Positions 49,695-50,234 of a stretch of 50,234 nucleotides of DNA are shown piece after piece (position 1 is the stretch's first letter; the number at the start of each line of letters is the position of its first letter). This DNA is from Coleofasciculus sp. B1-GNL1-01 (GTDB lineage: Bacteria; Cyanobacteriota; Cyanobacteriia; Cyanobacteriales; Coleofasciculaceae). Where the stretch lies: NCBI GenBank assembly GCA_040220235.1, contig JAVJTO010000105.1, one strand, 5' to 3'. The notes beneath the pieces were generated by a model, which saw only the letters and a program-made list of their open reading frames with translations, did no database searches and was not told the origin of the DNA. Both the position numbers and the translations under genes were made by a program.

Positions 49695-50234
49695 AGTCAG
49701 TCGTTACCGTAGAGAATTTTTTTAACTGACCTCATTTTAGAAAGTGGCTGGCGATAGCTGGATCGGTGTTCACGGCTTTTTTACGGCGTATTTCAGCACC
49801 ACGGAGGTATGCCAGAAATCAGAAGGCAGTGGTTCGACAGGCTCACCAACCAGGCAGGAGGCAACAATACTCTATTTTATTTCACCGTAGGGGCACGGCA
49901 TTGCCCATTGGTATCAACTTAAGGTCGAAAACCAATGCTGGTAAGGTTTTCAGCTATGTCTATCTACTGCTCAACATTTTCCCCTCATCCCCTAACCCCT
50001 TCTCCCACCGTGGGGAGAAGGGGGATCGGATGCTCTTGCTCCCCTCTCCCGTGCCAAAAAAGCGAAGCATCATCTGTCCTCCCCCCTCTTGTAGGCAGGG
50101 CTAATTCATTGTGATGAGAGAAAATTAGGGCAACCAGGACTATTCATACCAAATCCGATTGCGAGAACCACCTTATAAATTAGAACAGCAAAATGCCATC
50201 AACAATGTTACATAAGGCTTTTACCGTTTTCAAA

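Overview
Chromosomal window from a cyanobacterium, probably a filamentous one: roughly 40 HIP1 (GCGATCGC) sites by eye and many short tandem and palindromic repeats. The left 9.4 kb holds the 3' end of an IS1380-family element and an atypical DNA phosphorothioation (Dnd) locus. That locus has a divergent DGQHR protein, a 63-aa ORF, a DndB with an extra ~110-aa C-terminal domain, an SBD-HNH nuclease with an altered sulfur-binding motif between dndB and dndC, then dndC and dndD. No dndE, dndA/iscS or dndFGH is recognisable in the window. This locus is the best candidate for an undescribed system. The rest includes a heparinase II/III-like secreted protein, an FHA-CHAT protein, clpS, a ccdA-like gene next to a thioredoxin-like lipoprotein, recQ, plsC, tadA, an orphan RND adaptor, DUF3038/DUF4335 and a B12 radical SAM enzyme. 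It also has an AvaI/BsoBI-type R-M pair whose endonuclease is frameshifted by a 4-bp duplication, plus pex, serS, rseP, nth, rpsN, aat and clpB. Several MITE/REP families have entered coding sequence or supply start and stop codons. All family calls come from motif recognition, not database searches.
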